Assembly: GCA_010909165.1 (NCBI GenBank)
Contig: MU008152.1
Location: 124,001-188,000, forward strand
Length of the DNA stretch: 64,000 nt
Direction: 5' to 3'
Origin: Anthoceros angustus
Taxonomy: Eukaryota; Plantae; Anthocerotophyta
Below the pieces are notes generated by a model. That model did not search any database and was not told where the DNA came from. It was given only the letters and a program-made list of their open reading frames with translations. Positions 11,068-24,098 of the stretch are shown here, one piece after another. The position numbers and the translations under genes were made by a program. Positions within the stretch are counted from its first letter, which is position 1. Every line of letters begins with the position of its first letter.

Positions 11068-14000
11068 TCAGTGCCCAAAATTCATTTCTGAATATCTGCT
11101 CACAAATTATGCAAAAGTCAAGACTAGGGCTTTCGATCACCAGAGAGACGGAACAGATTGGGAGCACAGACGAGAGAATTCCATTCAAACCGACAGACAA
11201 ACACCTCAGACAGTCTCTCAGATTTACAAATCAAGGTAGCCCGGCAATCATTCAAGACAAACCTGCGAGGCTTGCTTTGGCGTTGCCCGAATTCATCAGT
11301 TCCGAGATCTACAGATCAAAGTGACAGATCATAAGCTTAAGACATTAAGAGCTCTTGCAATACGTCGTCTCGAGAGATCGATCGGAGGTGGCCACGAATT
11401 GACCGAGTTAGGCGCTTAGCTCAAATTACAAATTACAATGTTATTAAAATTGCTCAAACGACCTGCAGAATCTAACCTGAGCTAGGAGGTGGTTTCCAAA
11501 GCTTTGAGCCACTCATCAGTTCTCCCATTCTGTTCACACCAGGCATCATGTAAATGATTTCTGACCCTCAAGTTCTACGTCCGACATACTTCAGGTTGTA
11601 GATTCTAGAAGCCGAACTTCACAAGTTTACGTCACAATGCTGGCTTTGCTGAGCGCCAGCGACAGGCCGGATAGCACAATTTGTACAGTTTTCTAGATTT
11701 CTAACGTAGGGTACGGTACAGATATCCAGTAGTAGTGAATGAATCAAAGTACGTGATAACCTAGAGCCTCCTATCATATAACCGCCAAATCAAGCACTTC
11801 AACATGCTCATATTACTGACCCAGCTGGACGATACGATGCAGGCTGTGCCGAAGGTTGCGCATAGTACATGGGCGCAGCTGCACCATCAATAGCTATAAA
11901 TGGAGATGCAAATCCTGCCCCAACGCCAGCCCCCTGAGCTATCACAGGAACCCTGGACATAAAGAATGACATAAGTGGAAAGCCACAAATAGCTAGAGAA
12001 GCGCGTTAAATCTCAGAGTAACCTGTTGTCATTTGAGCATTGCATAATGGACAAGAGCACTCACCAAGTCACTTCAGAATTCGCAAACCCATATGGTGGT
12101 TGCCCAGAATAGTTCGGCATTGCCATACCCACAGCAGGCACTCCCATGCCTGGTTGTGACTGACCAGCGTATTGCAAAGCAACTGTTTGAAGGACATGTT
12201 AGGAGATTTAGAAGACATTCCCCGCATGCAAGACAGGTCAAGCTAACCAGACCCTATTGATGCAAGCAAGCTTACCAGGTCCTACCGGTGCCGTTGGGTA
12301 GCCTGGTTCTCCAATATGCATACCACTGCCAGCTCCGTTACTGAAAACGAATTGCCCCCTCCCAAGCTGCACATTATTACCTCTACCACCTCTCCCTCCA
12401 CCTACAGACTTGAATCGACTGTTATTACCCAAGTGTGATGAGCCTGCTGGAGCGCTGCTACTCGTCCTTACTGGAGTCCGAGTGTGGGCTGGTTGTCCTA
12501 CAGCTGGGGATGACTGATGCGTTTGGGCTTGAGACTGAGAAGACCTACTTTGGCTAGTTGCTTGGGCAGTATTCAGACCTTTTGCAGATTGCTGAGCCTG
12601 TGCAGAGCTTGCTGCTTGAGAACCCTGAGACTTCACCACATTCTGCTGTTGGAGAACAGATGATGAATATGGCTTTACACCTTGCTGGAAACTTGGGGCA
12701 GATTTAGATGAGATTCCCACATCCCCACTGCCTTGCAGATTTGCAGCTCCCAACGATACTTTCCCAGCAGATGTTGCAGGTTTTGAGACATAGACAGCTC
12801 CAGATGCAGAGAGACTCCAAGTGGATGACCCTTTCACTGTAACGGCAGGCTTGGCGGCCTGGCTCTTAACCTGAGAATTGGTGCCCTCCTCCCTGTTCAC
12901 CAACTTTGGCTGCGGCGCTCCGGACGGGAAAAAGGGAGGCGAGGCAGAGCTCAGGTGAGATCCTCCGTAAGGCTTCTTACCACTAGAGCTTTCTTGTTTA
13001 CTTGTCGTATGGCTCGACTCCTTCTCAGTCACCGGAGGGGCTGCCTCCTTTGCATTCACTGAATCACTGAATTGCAGACCAAGCATGTCAGGAAGTCTAG
13101 CAAACCCAATGTAGAGTAGCATGTATCAGCTAAACCTTCAACACAGGATACAAGTAATGCATTTTTACGTGCAGGCAGGAGACTTGTGGACGAAAATGGA
13201 ACTCACTAAAGGCTTGTACTGACAGCCGAGTCTGAGCGCCTATCAGTGTTCATGCCACGTCCACGTCCTCGTCCTCTGCGAGCGGCCCGTGTTGCCGTGT
13301 CTTCATTTCCAGACACCCGATTTCCACCTCTCCCCCTTCCCCTCCCTCGGCCACGACCACGCCCTACACCTCTTCCACCTCGGCGGGATCCCTGAGTAAG
13401 AAAGCATCAATTGTCACACCCTCTTTGCAACATCGTGGCCCAAAGCTATCACATAACTTCCATCTGCAAATTCTGCACAGGAAGACATACCTCCCCAGCA
13501 TACGAATCATCCCGAATGCTCATCTCCTCAAACATATCATGCACCCACGGTTTCTCATCCTTGGCCTCCCACAGTTTCCTTCCACCTATACTCCGCCTGC
13601 AACAACGTTTGGAGCTCCACATAAACCAGAGGAGAAAGATATCTCACGGCAACAAACCACGAGGATTACCAACAATTCAGCACAATTCAGTGGTCAGCTG
13701 CAGACCTCGGGCGAGCACCACCGCTATCGCGAAACCGGTCATCGTGCATGTAGAAAGCACCAGCGGTGGGCACAACAAACGGTTCCGCCTCCTTCTTCTC
13801 CTCCCCAGAGGCGTCCTTCCCAGCCGCATCCGCATTCCCATTCTTCCTCCGCTCAGCTGGCAACCCCTCACGCACGCTGGCCCCCTCCTGATCCTCCTCC
13901 TCTTCCTCCTCTGTCTCCCCCTCCTCCTCCTCCTCATCACTCCCCTTCCTCCGCCTCCTGGGCACCAACACTCCGCCCTCGTCCTCGTCCTCGTCCTCCT

Positions 14001-14265
14001 CATCGTCCAGCGGCTCCCCATCGTCATCCGAATAAGGCGGACCCCGAGGCTCCCCATCATCGTCCACAGAGGAGGTGGCATCTACCACCCCGGGCTCCCC
14101 AGTCGGGACCTGGCTCCTCCGCTCCTCCTCCTGCTCGTCGTCGCTGGCCTGCCGCCGCCGCGGCGCCAGCGTGGAAGGACCATCGCTGTCACTCTCGAAG
14201 TCTCCTTCTTCCACGCCCGAGGACAGGGCGTCCGAAGGCGCCTCGGTGCCTGCCTGCAACGCCAT
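11068..14265 (-). CDS. CASC3: CASC3/Barentsz/MLN51 exon-junction-complex protein, multi-exon
   Basis: Acidic N-terminus, BTZ domain split across an intron (EPFVVPTAGAFYMHDDRFRD...GGRKLWEAKDEKPWVHDMFEEM), RGRG repeats, plant C-terminal motifs GVPAVGMAMPNY...NSEVTW and a last exon RYSEMNFGH* (stop 11068-11070). Some middle exon boundaries are unresolved. Confidence 0.9.
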
Positions 14266-14571
14266 CTCAGCTGCTCACAACCCTAGGCAAATGCTACACA
14301 CTTCAAGCAAGCTTCCTTTCCTTACACACACCCGGCCTTCGCCTTTCTTCCCGCTTTTGGCTTCTGCTTCAAAAATCAGGCTCGGGTTAGGTAGACCGCT
14401 ACCCAAACTTTTATGCATACGCACCCGCCCGCTTCGGTATCCATATGTCCAAGCTTCCAGATACATCTATATAATTCGTATTTACTGCTGCCGGTACCTC
14501 CACAGTGGCGGATAATCGGCCTTCCACAAATCCTGACCGAGAAGGTGTGACAGTTTGTGGAGGTCACAGAG

Positions 14572-17500
14572 ATGTCGGGCCGGCAAGCGCAACAGAAGAA
14601 ATCTGGTAAGAGACTACCGCAGTTGCAAGATTCAATTTCGTGACACAGGAATTTTGAGTTTTGCAATGCTTTGAGGTGTGAAGTCGGTACGCGTTGTGCA
14701 GATGACGACTTCGAGAACGATTTCCTTTCATGGAAGCCAGTAAGCATGAAGGCAGACCTGAATTTGGACTTCGATGACGAGCCTCCACCTTCCACCTCGA
14801 AAAAGGACTTTGGAATGTCCAAGCTGTAAGAATGGGATCTGAAGAGTCGGCTACGGATCTGGCTTGTCTACTGATCTCCACCGCTGCGGCGTCTCCGATC
14901 CACCTGACTGTTGACAGGTATGTGATCACGTTGCAGGGATATGGACATCGATTTTGACGGAGGCTTTAGCAAGCTCATGTCCTTTGACATTGATATGTCC
15001 TCCTTTGGCGAGGAACCTGTCGCTGCTAAGGAAAGTAGCGTTAAGAAGTCTCCGAAGAAAGGCGTTGCTCGCACAAGCCCTCCCAGAGAGCGGAATACTG
15101 AGGATGTGGATATGCTGTTTGATGATACACATAAGCCTGGCAACGAGAAGATGGAACCGGAAGATGTCATGGATGCTACGATGACGGACTTTCACTTCTC
15201 CTTGGATAAGTATGATTTCGGTGTCCCAGAGCAGCGACAAACTGCAGCTGCGGCTGACGAGGCACGAATTATCCCTGAGGCTTCAACTGGGACCGATCGG
15301 CCACGGATAATGCCTCAAGCCGGGACCGAGGAGGCTCGAGTTATTCCTGAGGACGTCCAACATGAATCGGGAGGACTGGTTGATCGGAGCAGGGAGACTT
15401 CAGAGACACCGCGTCAGGCGGAACGAAGCTTATCTCAGGAATTTGGAATTTCAGACACGGTTGCAATCCTTGAGTCTCGAGGGAAAGGGTCTGATGGTTC
15501 TGCTCCTTTACCGGGTCCTTTGAGCGGTGCAGCCAGGCCAGCTTGCAGTCCTGCTGCATTTTCCAGCTCCGATGCAACCGCCGCAATAACCAAGGCACCC
15601 TCAATGACGAACCAGTTTGTTCGTGATACAATGAGGAAATTACGTCTGAAGGAAGGTGAGACAGTTTTGAAGTCGTTCCGTTCACAGAAAGCCGAAGTTG
15701 ACACTCCAGGACTGAACAAGCTTGGCGGCAAGTTGATCTCTGTGTGTGCCGGCGCTGATACGAATGTGGCGAACAACAATGTGACTTTGAAGCTTAGCTC
15801 AATCAGTCTGGTACCTGAGGCTAAGGGCTACCAACAGAGTCGATTGTTCTCCGCTGCATTAGGAGGTAAGGCAGCTCTGCAGCTTAAGACTGGGCCTCAG
15901 GAACGTGAATTCAAGGATATTCCACGCCAGAAGCAACTAACGGATCCTCAGAGGGGAAAGAGAAAGGGCTCTCCAAGAGCCACAACCTCAGGTGTCAAGG
16001 AACCGGAAGCGAACAAAACACTTGGAGCAGACAAACTACCACAGAGACCAGACTCACTGCCACAGAGACCGGAGTCCGTCGCAGATGTTGAGGTCACCTT
16101 GGACATCACCAAGGGTTCGGAGCCAAACCTCCGTGGCCCTGAAATCATGACTCGGTATTTACGGAGACGCTGCCTGCTCGTATCAACACTTGAGACTTGT
16201 GGAATTCAGGATCTTACACCTAATTTATGTTTTATATCCCAGAATAAGCAAACTGGTCCTGCCACCTCTCAAGCAGTCAGCAAAGGTAAGTTTGCCAACT
16301 GGAACGCCAAAACAACTTGTGGTGCGGGACATGGAGCAAGCATCGTCAGGACGGCCATCATATTATACTCGGCTCCAGGAGAGACGGGCAGCTCAGGTGA
16401 GACTCTACTGTAGGTCTTTTCATCTGTACAGCAGTGACTCGGACTCGGGTGCAGTTTTATGAAAATTGTATACGGTGTGTTACATGTTACTCAGCTTGAA
16501 GCCCAGAAAACTTCAGGTGGTTTGAGGAAGCAGGCCTCCCCAAAGAAGAACTCCAAATCCAAAGACAAATCTGCCGGGTAATCGCAGGGATGTCTTCCAA
16601 GTTCACCTTATTTGTTCCCTAGAAGTAAATCCATTTTGCCATGAACAGGAGGCCTGAAGCAGAAATACCCAGAGATGCAAATGACATGCAGGTACAGTTG
16701 ATGGCTTTTCTCTCTTCAACCCAGTGATAGGCTGTTCTCAGTTTACTGGATCGCATTTAGCCTAAATTTTGAAACGCTCTATGCCAGGACGTCAAGTGTT
16801 CGGGTCAGCCAAGTCCGAAGCATGTGCTCTCCATGGCACCATCCATTAAAACTGTGAGATTTGGTCCTTGATTAGATTACCTCTCACGGTACGTCCTTGG
16901 CGCATCCGATGTCCTCAGCTTGAATCCTTGCAGGAGCCCGAAGTCCTCCATCCCACGCCCATAGAGCAGCAACAGCAGGATAACACTCAGCAGAGCATCA
17001 ATGTTGGCACAGAAGCAATCGAGGCTGACGACCAGGCTGCACAAAATCCGCACGTAAGGGGGTGCGCTGACTTAGTTTCATTCCTGTGGCTACTTTTTGA
17101 GCAACGCATGAGAACGAATGTCTGCTTGATTCTCAGGAATCCGAAGCTCTCGAGGTAGCAGCGCATGGTGGCCTCGATCATATGGTAGAAGGAGAGCATG
17201 ATTCGCAGAGTACGTTGGTAGCACTGTGCACGCAAACAGCAGACCAAGCGGATAAGTTCTCACAAGACTTACACCAAGTAAGTCCGCCTTATACCTCTGT
17301 GCTTGGATTTGTGACGGATGATGACCTGATTCAAACCGTCTATACATGGGATGCTTGTATAACGGCATTGCCCAGCATGCTTCTCAGATTGAAAAAACGT
17401 TGCGAAAGAAGCATGACGAGGTCAAGGATTTGCTGGTGAGAGCTTGCGTTCTGAACAGCTCATTGCTAATGCTAAACAATCCTATGGACGAACTCAAAAT

Positions 17501-17623
17501 ATCCTTCGAGTTCTATGTGCATTCCGTCCATTTGCAGGTATCTTTGCCGATAATTCCCCTGAGTTGCTTAACCTCAGTCAAATTAGGGAAATTGAAGACT
17601 ACATCCTGATCTCTGGACTCTGA
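14572..17623 (+). CDS. Uncharacterised plant protein of the At4g18490-like family, multi-exon
   Basis: N-terminal DDDFENDFLSW...DMDIDFDGGFSKLMSFDIDM and C-terminal QADKFSQDLHQ|IEKTLRKKHDEVKDLLVRACVLNSSLLMLNNPMDELK resemble this family as recalled; not database-checked. The end assumes the AT-AA intron at 17499-17581. Confidence 0.65.
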
Positions 17624-17884
17624 GCGGGCATTGGAAGACTCGCAATGTCGGCAGTGTAGCTCAAGCAAGGCCAAACCGGTCCCGAGCTGTACGTGGTGGC
17701 GAGTGGAACTGCTTGTCCCCCGCGTGAGTTTTAGAGCTGGAAGCACTGGCAGGCGGCTGAAAGCAAACTGTTGTAAAAGGACGCTATCTAGGCTGGACGA
17801 TATCTAGAAAGCAAGTTTGTAGGTAGAACACTCCTCCCAAGGTTTAAGGGTTTAAGCCTGGAGACTGTCAGACGATAGCAGAGC

Positions 17885-20800
17885 ATGGAGATTCAAGGCG
17901 TCTCCAGCTACGAGGACTTCGTGCGCGTGCACGGACTGCTGCTGGCCTCTGCAGGCATTCCTGTTGATCTGCATCGGCAGCTGTTTGAGAAGTTGTCGGG
18001 AAGCATTTTCGATGGAGGAAGCTTTTTCGAGATCGAGCCATGTGAAGGAGGTCGGCAGCGGCGGCTGCTGCTATCCTATCCGAAAATGGCCAGACATTCT
18101 AATGTCTTCCTTGTTGATCATGCTTGGTCTTTTCGCCTACCTGAAGCTCGCAAACAGGTCCTCCCTTTTTTTGCGCTTGTTGGGTAGGTGCAAGATTGAT
18201 GGCCTTGATGCGTTCCTGTGCGTAACTCGAGCTGGGGTCAGAGTGAATAGCATGGGTTGATTCCATTTGAATTCGGTATTGCAGCTGAACGAGATTCCCG
18301 GTTTGGCAGAGAGGATGGCCAGATTGATGTGCCTGGGTGATGCTGACGATGAATCCCAGACGTCGGAGAAGGAACCTGTCGAGAAAGAGCAACCCAAAGC
18401 TGAAAATGTCATTGAGACGATAGAAGCGGAAGCAAAGGAGAGAGGGAAGGAAGTGCTTTGGCTGGAGCTTGACGACTTGAGGATCACTGATGAAGTTTTC
18501 ATGCATCTAGACCTACCTTCACGGTTCCCTGTAAGGCCATCTATAACTCTGAATTCTCCAAGCCCCCGCACGTTGATCTGGACATGCTGATAGTGCGGGG
18601 TCTCAGATGAAGTATTGTGTTTCTATTGCAGAACCTTGTTGGCCTAAGCCTCTGGGGAAACAAACTGCATTCCTCGGAAGTGGTTCTTGGGACAGTGAAT
18701 AGACTTGATAAACTGCGCGCCCTTTGGCTTAATGAGAACCCGGTTGACAAGGAAATGTATGTGACGTTTCTTTCAGCTGGAGGTAGAGGTTGAGCGCATG
18801 TGAAATTGAGCGCGTTGTGACTCTTGAGAATGGAATGTATGCAGAGGTGATGTTTTGAGAGATGCTATTGTTTCTGCCATGCCGACGCTTGAGATTTACA
18901 ACAGCAAGTTTACCGACAAGTACACCGAATGGGCGGTGGGATTCTGCTTTGATGTTTATGGCCCCGAGTCACCAGTGAAGACAACGTCTTCACATGACCC
19001 TTTTGTAGAAGTACAGGCTCTTGATTTGTCAAACAGGAATCTCTCAACATTCCCGATGAAGGTAACTTCTGGCTTTGTATTTTGTTTCCCTTGAGGGTGA
19101 ACGCTTTGATGCTGATTATATGTTCAAATTCTGGCAGATTTTCAATAGCAGCAGCTTCCCGAAATTGGCATCCCTGAATCTGCAAGGGAATCAATTTGTC
19201 TCAGAGCCTTACGATACCTTAGTACAGACGCTGGGATCGCTTGTATCTCTACAGTCACTTCAGGTAAGAAACCATCTGTTCCCTCATGTAACTGTTTGGT
19301 CATGCACTTAACAAGCTTGGCTCCCAGACTATATGAGAAGCATCCTCACATCTTTGTTTGAAGATTTCAGTTGCATGATTTGTGGACTATTGCAGGTGGA
19401 TATTCCTGGACCTCTTGGAAGCAGTGCTGTGACGATTGTTAAATCGATGCCAAACCTACGGGAAGTGAATGGTGTAGCAGTAGCACAGATTCTGGAGCAA
19501 AAAAGTGAGGTTGTCGACAGCAATCTTCGTCCACGGCTGCCATTTTTTTCCAGTGGAGAACCCCTTGTTGAGAGAGTTTTGCGGAGTATGTGGCTGTATA
19601 TAATGACATACAGGCTGTCTGATGATGAGAAGCTCGATGAGTCTCCTATCTGGTATTTTGTGGTATCTTACAATCGATGTTTCAATCATAGTCACTTCTT
19701 TCGTCTGGAGGGTCCATGATCGTAGCTGGCCTGATGTGCTGAATAGGTATGTGATGGATGAGCTTGGGTCGGCATTGAGGCACAGCGACGTCCCCAATTT
19801 TAGGGTTGCTCCATTTATGTTCTTACCTGATGGAACATTGAAGTCCGCAATCAGGTACTTTGTCGTAACTTGTGCAACACGAGACCTGACTTTAGCTCCG
19901 TCTTTGTGAGTTCCTGTCTAGCTCTGCTTTCTATCTTGTTTGGGATGAATGGTATAGTTCTTTTCTTTTGACATGTTTTGTGGTCGAATTGTAGTTATAC
20001 ACTGCTGTGGCCAGTAGAGGATGTGAAGGAGGGTGATGAATGCACTCGTGATTATTTGGATGGAGTGGGAGAGCAGCAGCAGAGGTCAGCTCGACTAACA
20101 GCATGGTTTCATACGCCCATCAACTTTTTCAAGAAGGTACGTATTGTTTGAACCTTCCAACAATACGTACCAACTGCTCTTTCATCTGTCCAACTTCCAG
20201 TGGGTAGCTCCATATCTGAATGGGCATGGCTGTGCAGGCTTATGATTTGCATGCTCAAAGTCTTGTATCGGACAACATAGAGAAACTGAATTTAAGTGAG
20301 AATGGACATGGACAAGGCATATCATCATGGACGGGTGGTATGCCAATGTCCTTGTACACAGACGTACCTCAAGTTTTTGAATTTCTGAGACGACCTGAAT
20401 TTGTGTTTGGTGAGTTCAGCGCAGTTCACTTGCTTGCTCGGTTTTGTGTAGTATCTGTTAGTGTTCCCACTCTGCTGCTTTATTTCTTCACACAGGTTCG
20501 AAGTCATCCATAGTGGTAAAACTTTGTGGCGTTTTGCAGTGGATGACCCAGATGAAGCACAGATTCTTTGGACAGGGGCGCAGATCAAGAGCTTGGGTGT
20601 CGATGGATACGAACCAACACCCTCTCAGTACATTAATCAGTTCCCATTCGAGGCTTGTCTTGTCATGAAACATCACCTTGCCCAGACTGTTAAACAGGTA
20701 TCCTGCATTCCAGATTCTAGATCAGGTGTACCATGCAGCTTTGTCACAAGAACGTTGATGGCAGACTTGTAGGTAATGTATGTACGTACATCCTGATGAA

Positions 20801-22006
20801 ATGTGTTATGTGCAGGCCTTTGGTTCCCCCTCCTGGATTCAGCCAACATATAATATGGAGTCAGAATTGGCGGCGTTGATTGGAGACTATAATGAGAGAG
20901 ACTTGAACCAGCAAGACAATCTGTGGATTGTCAAGCCCTGGAATATGGCCCGGACAATAGACACGACAGTGACAAGGAATCTTTCAGCATTGATCCGGCT
21001 GGTGGAGACAGGCCCAAAGATCTGCCAGAAGTACATCGAAAATCCTGCTTTATTTCATGGCAGAAAATTTGACTTGCGCTACATTGTGCTTGTACGGAGC
21101 ATACAGCCCCTTGAGATGTTCCTGTCTGGCGTATTTTGGGTACATCCAAGAACATCACATGTCTTCGAGCCTGTTCAGTTTTTGGAGTCAAGCTCTATTG
21201 TGCAATTCTGATCATGTCGTGTACCTACAGGCACGATTCTCAAACAACCAGTATACGACCGAGGAGCAGAGTCTGCTGGAGTATGAGACCCATTTCACAG
21301 TAATGGTACGTTATCCTTCTAGCTTGGCACATACTGACGAAGTCATGACTACGCAGCTTTCCAAGACTTCTCATTTGCTCGACCTTCATTGTGTACCCGA
21401 CAATCGGTTGGATTCAAGGCTCTTAAACATGTGCTGTCATGGTCCAGAATTATCGAGGGATAAAACTTAATCACGTTAACACGTCTGAGTTTGTACCTGA
21501 CTTTGAGAAGGAGCACAACGGTGAGTGTCTGAACCACCCAGCGCACTCTGAGACAAATGGTTCTGATCTGTACTAGCAGTGACCGTTCAACTAAAATTGG
21601 ACTGTGGTGTCTCGCAGTCAGGTGGGCTGATATACATGAAAGAGTGAAGCATATGCTGCGTTCTTTGTTCGAGGGTGCAGCCAGACTGCATCCTGATATG
21701 CACTGTCCCATGGCTAGAGCCATTTATGGAGTAGACGTTATGTTGGACAGCGCCTTTCAGCCAAAGCTATTGGAGGTACCATTGGACGGTCCCTTCCTCA
21801 TTGATGCCGTCCCGAAGTGGCCGTGGGAGACTGAATTCCTCATTTTGTTGTCGGCGCAGGTGACTTTCTGCCCGGATTGCACAAGAGCTACGAAGTACGA
21901 TTTCACAGATTTCAGCACAGGCGAAGTGATCAGAGGGAGTGATTTTTTCAACTCCGTTTTCGGTTGCTTGTTCCTCAGCGAAGTTAAGCATGCGGAGCCG
22001 TTGTGA
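17885..22006 (+). CDS. TTLL12: Tubulin-tyrosine ligase-like 12, multi-exon (LRR + SET-like + TTL domain)
   Basis: Exons encode VFLVDHAWSFR, YVMDELGSALRHSDVPNF, INQFPFEACLVMKHHLA, WIVKPWNMARTIDT, KICQKYIENPALFHGRKFDLRYIVLV, RAIYGVDVMLD and VTFCPDCTRA, with GT-AG introns of about 80-120 nt. Confidence 0.92.
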
Positions 22007-22167
22007 TAGGATGAACAGCCTCTGAGAGAGCTGCCCTTGATTTACATAGGAATGTTTCACACCAGAATCAGGTGAAAGGAAAGCGTACAACCTACCTACA
22101 CAGAGCTGCTCTCCTGCATGTCTGAAGGGCCTCTAATCGCCTTCAACATCCGCTCTGACCAAGCAGG

Positions 22168-22677
22168 CTACACAGAATTGCTTTGCTTAACCCGCGATCT
22201 CTTATCCCGGTCAGGAGAGCCCTTGGAGGACTCCCGCTGCTGCCTCTTGGTAACTCTGGCCTTGCGATTTTGGAACCAGTTGTATACATTGGTTTGCTGG
22301 ATGCACCCGTGCCTGCTGAGCTCTGCTGTGATGTCTCTGATCCGCAGCTTGTCTGGAGTGCCTCCGCCTTTTCGAAACAGCCTCTCCAAGATATGCAGCT
22401 GCTTCTGGCTGGGGGTCCACCGCGGCCGGGCGCCCACCTTCGGTGCTGGCGCGGCGGGCCCAGGCGCATGCTCCTGCGCGGTGGCGCAGTGCATTTCCAC
22501 CAACTGGTGGCATATGGTGGCGTACACCGCGATCTGCCGTCTTAGCGACTCCAGCTGTTCCTCCGTCATCACGTAAGTAGGCACTCTGCTGCACCCTCCT
22601 CCCACGTGAATTGCCATGTCTCTTCCATCCCCCTCCGCACTGAACCTCCCCTCGTCCTCGCCGCTCGCAGGATCCAT
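22168..22677 (-). CDS. WOX13: WUSCHEL-related homeobox, WOX13-like clade, single exon
   Basis: WOX13-type motif VMTEEQLESLRRQIAVYATICHQLVEMH followed by homeodomain RPRWTPSQKQLHILERLF...NVYNWFQNRKAR. No WUS box seen. Confidence 0.9.
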   Translation of the reverse strand: MDPASGEDEGRFSAEGDGRDMAIHVGGGCSRVPTYVMTEEQLESLRRQIAVYATICHQLVEMHCATAQEHAPGPAAPAPKVGARPRWTPSQKQLHILERLFRKGGGTPDKLRIRDITAELSRHGCIQQTNVYNWFQNRKARVTKRQQRESSKGSPDRDKRSRVKQSNSV

Positions 22678-23421
22678 CACCACAGCTGCTCGGAGCACCT
22701 GCTCGCCGGCCCTGACCTAACACAATGGCGGAGCCCGCCCTAGTCTAGTTTGTCGATGGCTGATGTGCAAACATCAACAACTCCGCACCGACTCGCGCCA
22801 TAGGATCAAGAGGAGAAAATTGCGCTGCCAGTCTTCTCCGACATCGCACTTCACAACCGCCAATCTGATAGCAGGTTGCACGCCATTTGCGCTCCAGCTC
22901 TGCTTTTCGCCAGTTGCGTACAGCATTTTCACGGTCCTCATGTTGTGCTCGTCGGTCGGTCGGCCGGTCGGTGGTCTGTTGCACGATATTGGCCTCCACT
23001 GTACCGACCTCCGGACGTGGACAAGTTGAGTGCGAGCTCATCCCTTGGGCAGCAACTTGGGGGGTTACATTCATGACAACTCTCTCTCGCTGTACTTTAT
23101 AATTTGAAGGCGTCAAGCTCCTGCAGCAGCCTTACACCTCTGTCAGGCCAGAGCTTGATTGCCTTTGAAGGCAAGTAGTGTACAATATTTAGTGGCGAAT
23201 GGAGTTCCGAGAGAAGGCTCCTTGCTCGTAACGGTTCTGAGCACAGACTCTTGTTTGCACCACTTCCGCCCGCTGCGTCACTGAAAGTCTCATATGGCGT
23301 TCCCCTTGCCAAATGGCAGAGTGATCCAGCCACTGGGCAATGCAGGGCCTTCGAAGTCAATCGTGCACGCCAACGGTTCGGTTCATTCGTCCAGAAAATG
23401 GCGTTTCTTACAAGGAGTGCA

Positions 23422-23465
23422 AGCTGACATCGATGAGGTAGCTGACATCGATGAGGTAGCTGACA
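23422..23465. repeat. Perfect 18-bp tandem duplication (AGCTGACATCGATGAGGT x2.4)
   Basis: Read directly; gives ADIDEVADIDEVAD in the small ORF 23294-23554. Confidence 0.85.
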
Positions 23466-24098
23466 ACCTGGTTTTCTTCAGAAACTTCGCTCTCACTCAA
23501 GGTTCCTTTGAGGACACTTCTGCACATAAGTTGGACAGGAGATTGAAATCCTAGACGGCGACTCTGATTTCATCACAAAGTCCTGCTGACGAGCATGTTT
23601 TGGCCGATAAGCTGGGAGAGAAGGTTCGAGATTATCAACGGCGTAGCGAACCACGACTTGGTGGCAAATAGCTTGAAGCTCCTTTGGTCGACTGTGGTGT
23701 GGTTACTTCACGCATAGTTTCGATATATCAGTCTTCGGTTACCCCCTGGACCCAGACAATGTAATTACTGTAGTATCAAGCATTAGGCAGTGAAGTCCGA
23801 CGTCCCCATCCTGTTTTGTGAGCTGGCCTCCTCCTCCTTTGCAGTGGAGATGACCAGATTCCTTCAGCGATTCGCGTCAAAATCAGGCCAGACAAAGGCT
23901 CTCTAAACGAAGTGTGCACGAAGAGTAGGAGTGAATTACGGGGACTTTAGCTTTGGGTATCACATATCTGAAAAATAGATGGTTGTATTGTTTGATAACT
24001 TATGAAAAAAGGCATCCTCCGTCAAGGAGTGACACTGTAGTCAAGAGTTAATGGAAACTTAGTGGTTAACCCCAGAATGGTCACCAATACTTTTCATC

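Noticed and set aside
20698-20815. U12-type intron in TTLL12 (donor GTATCCTG)
   Set aside because: The donor deviates from GTATCCTT and no TCCTTAAC-like branch site lies near the acceptor; treated as U2.
22745-23116. 123-aa minus ORF upstream of WOX as a separate gene or extra WOX exon
   Set aside because: No recognisable domain, and no convincing splice path into the WOX frame.
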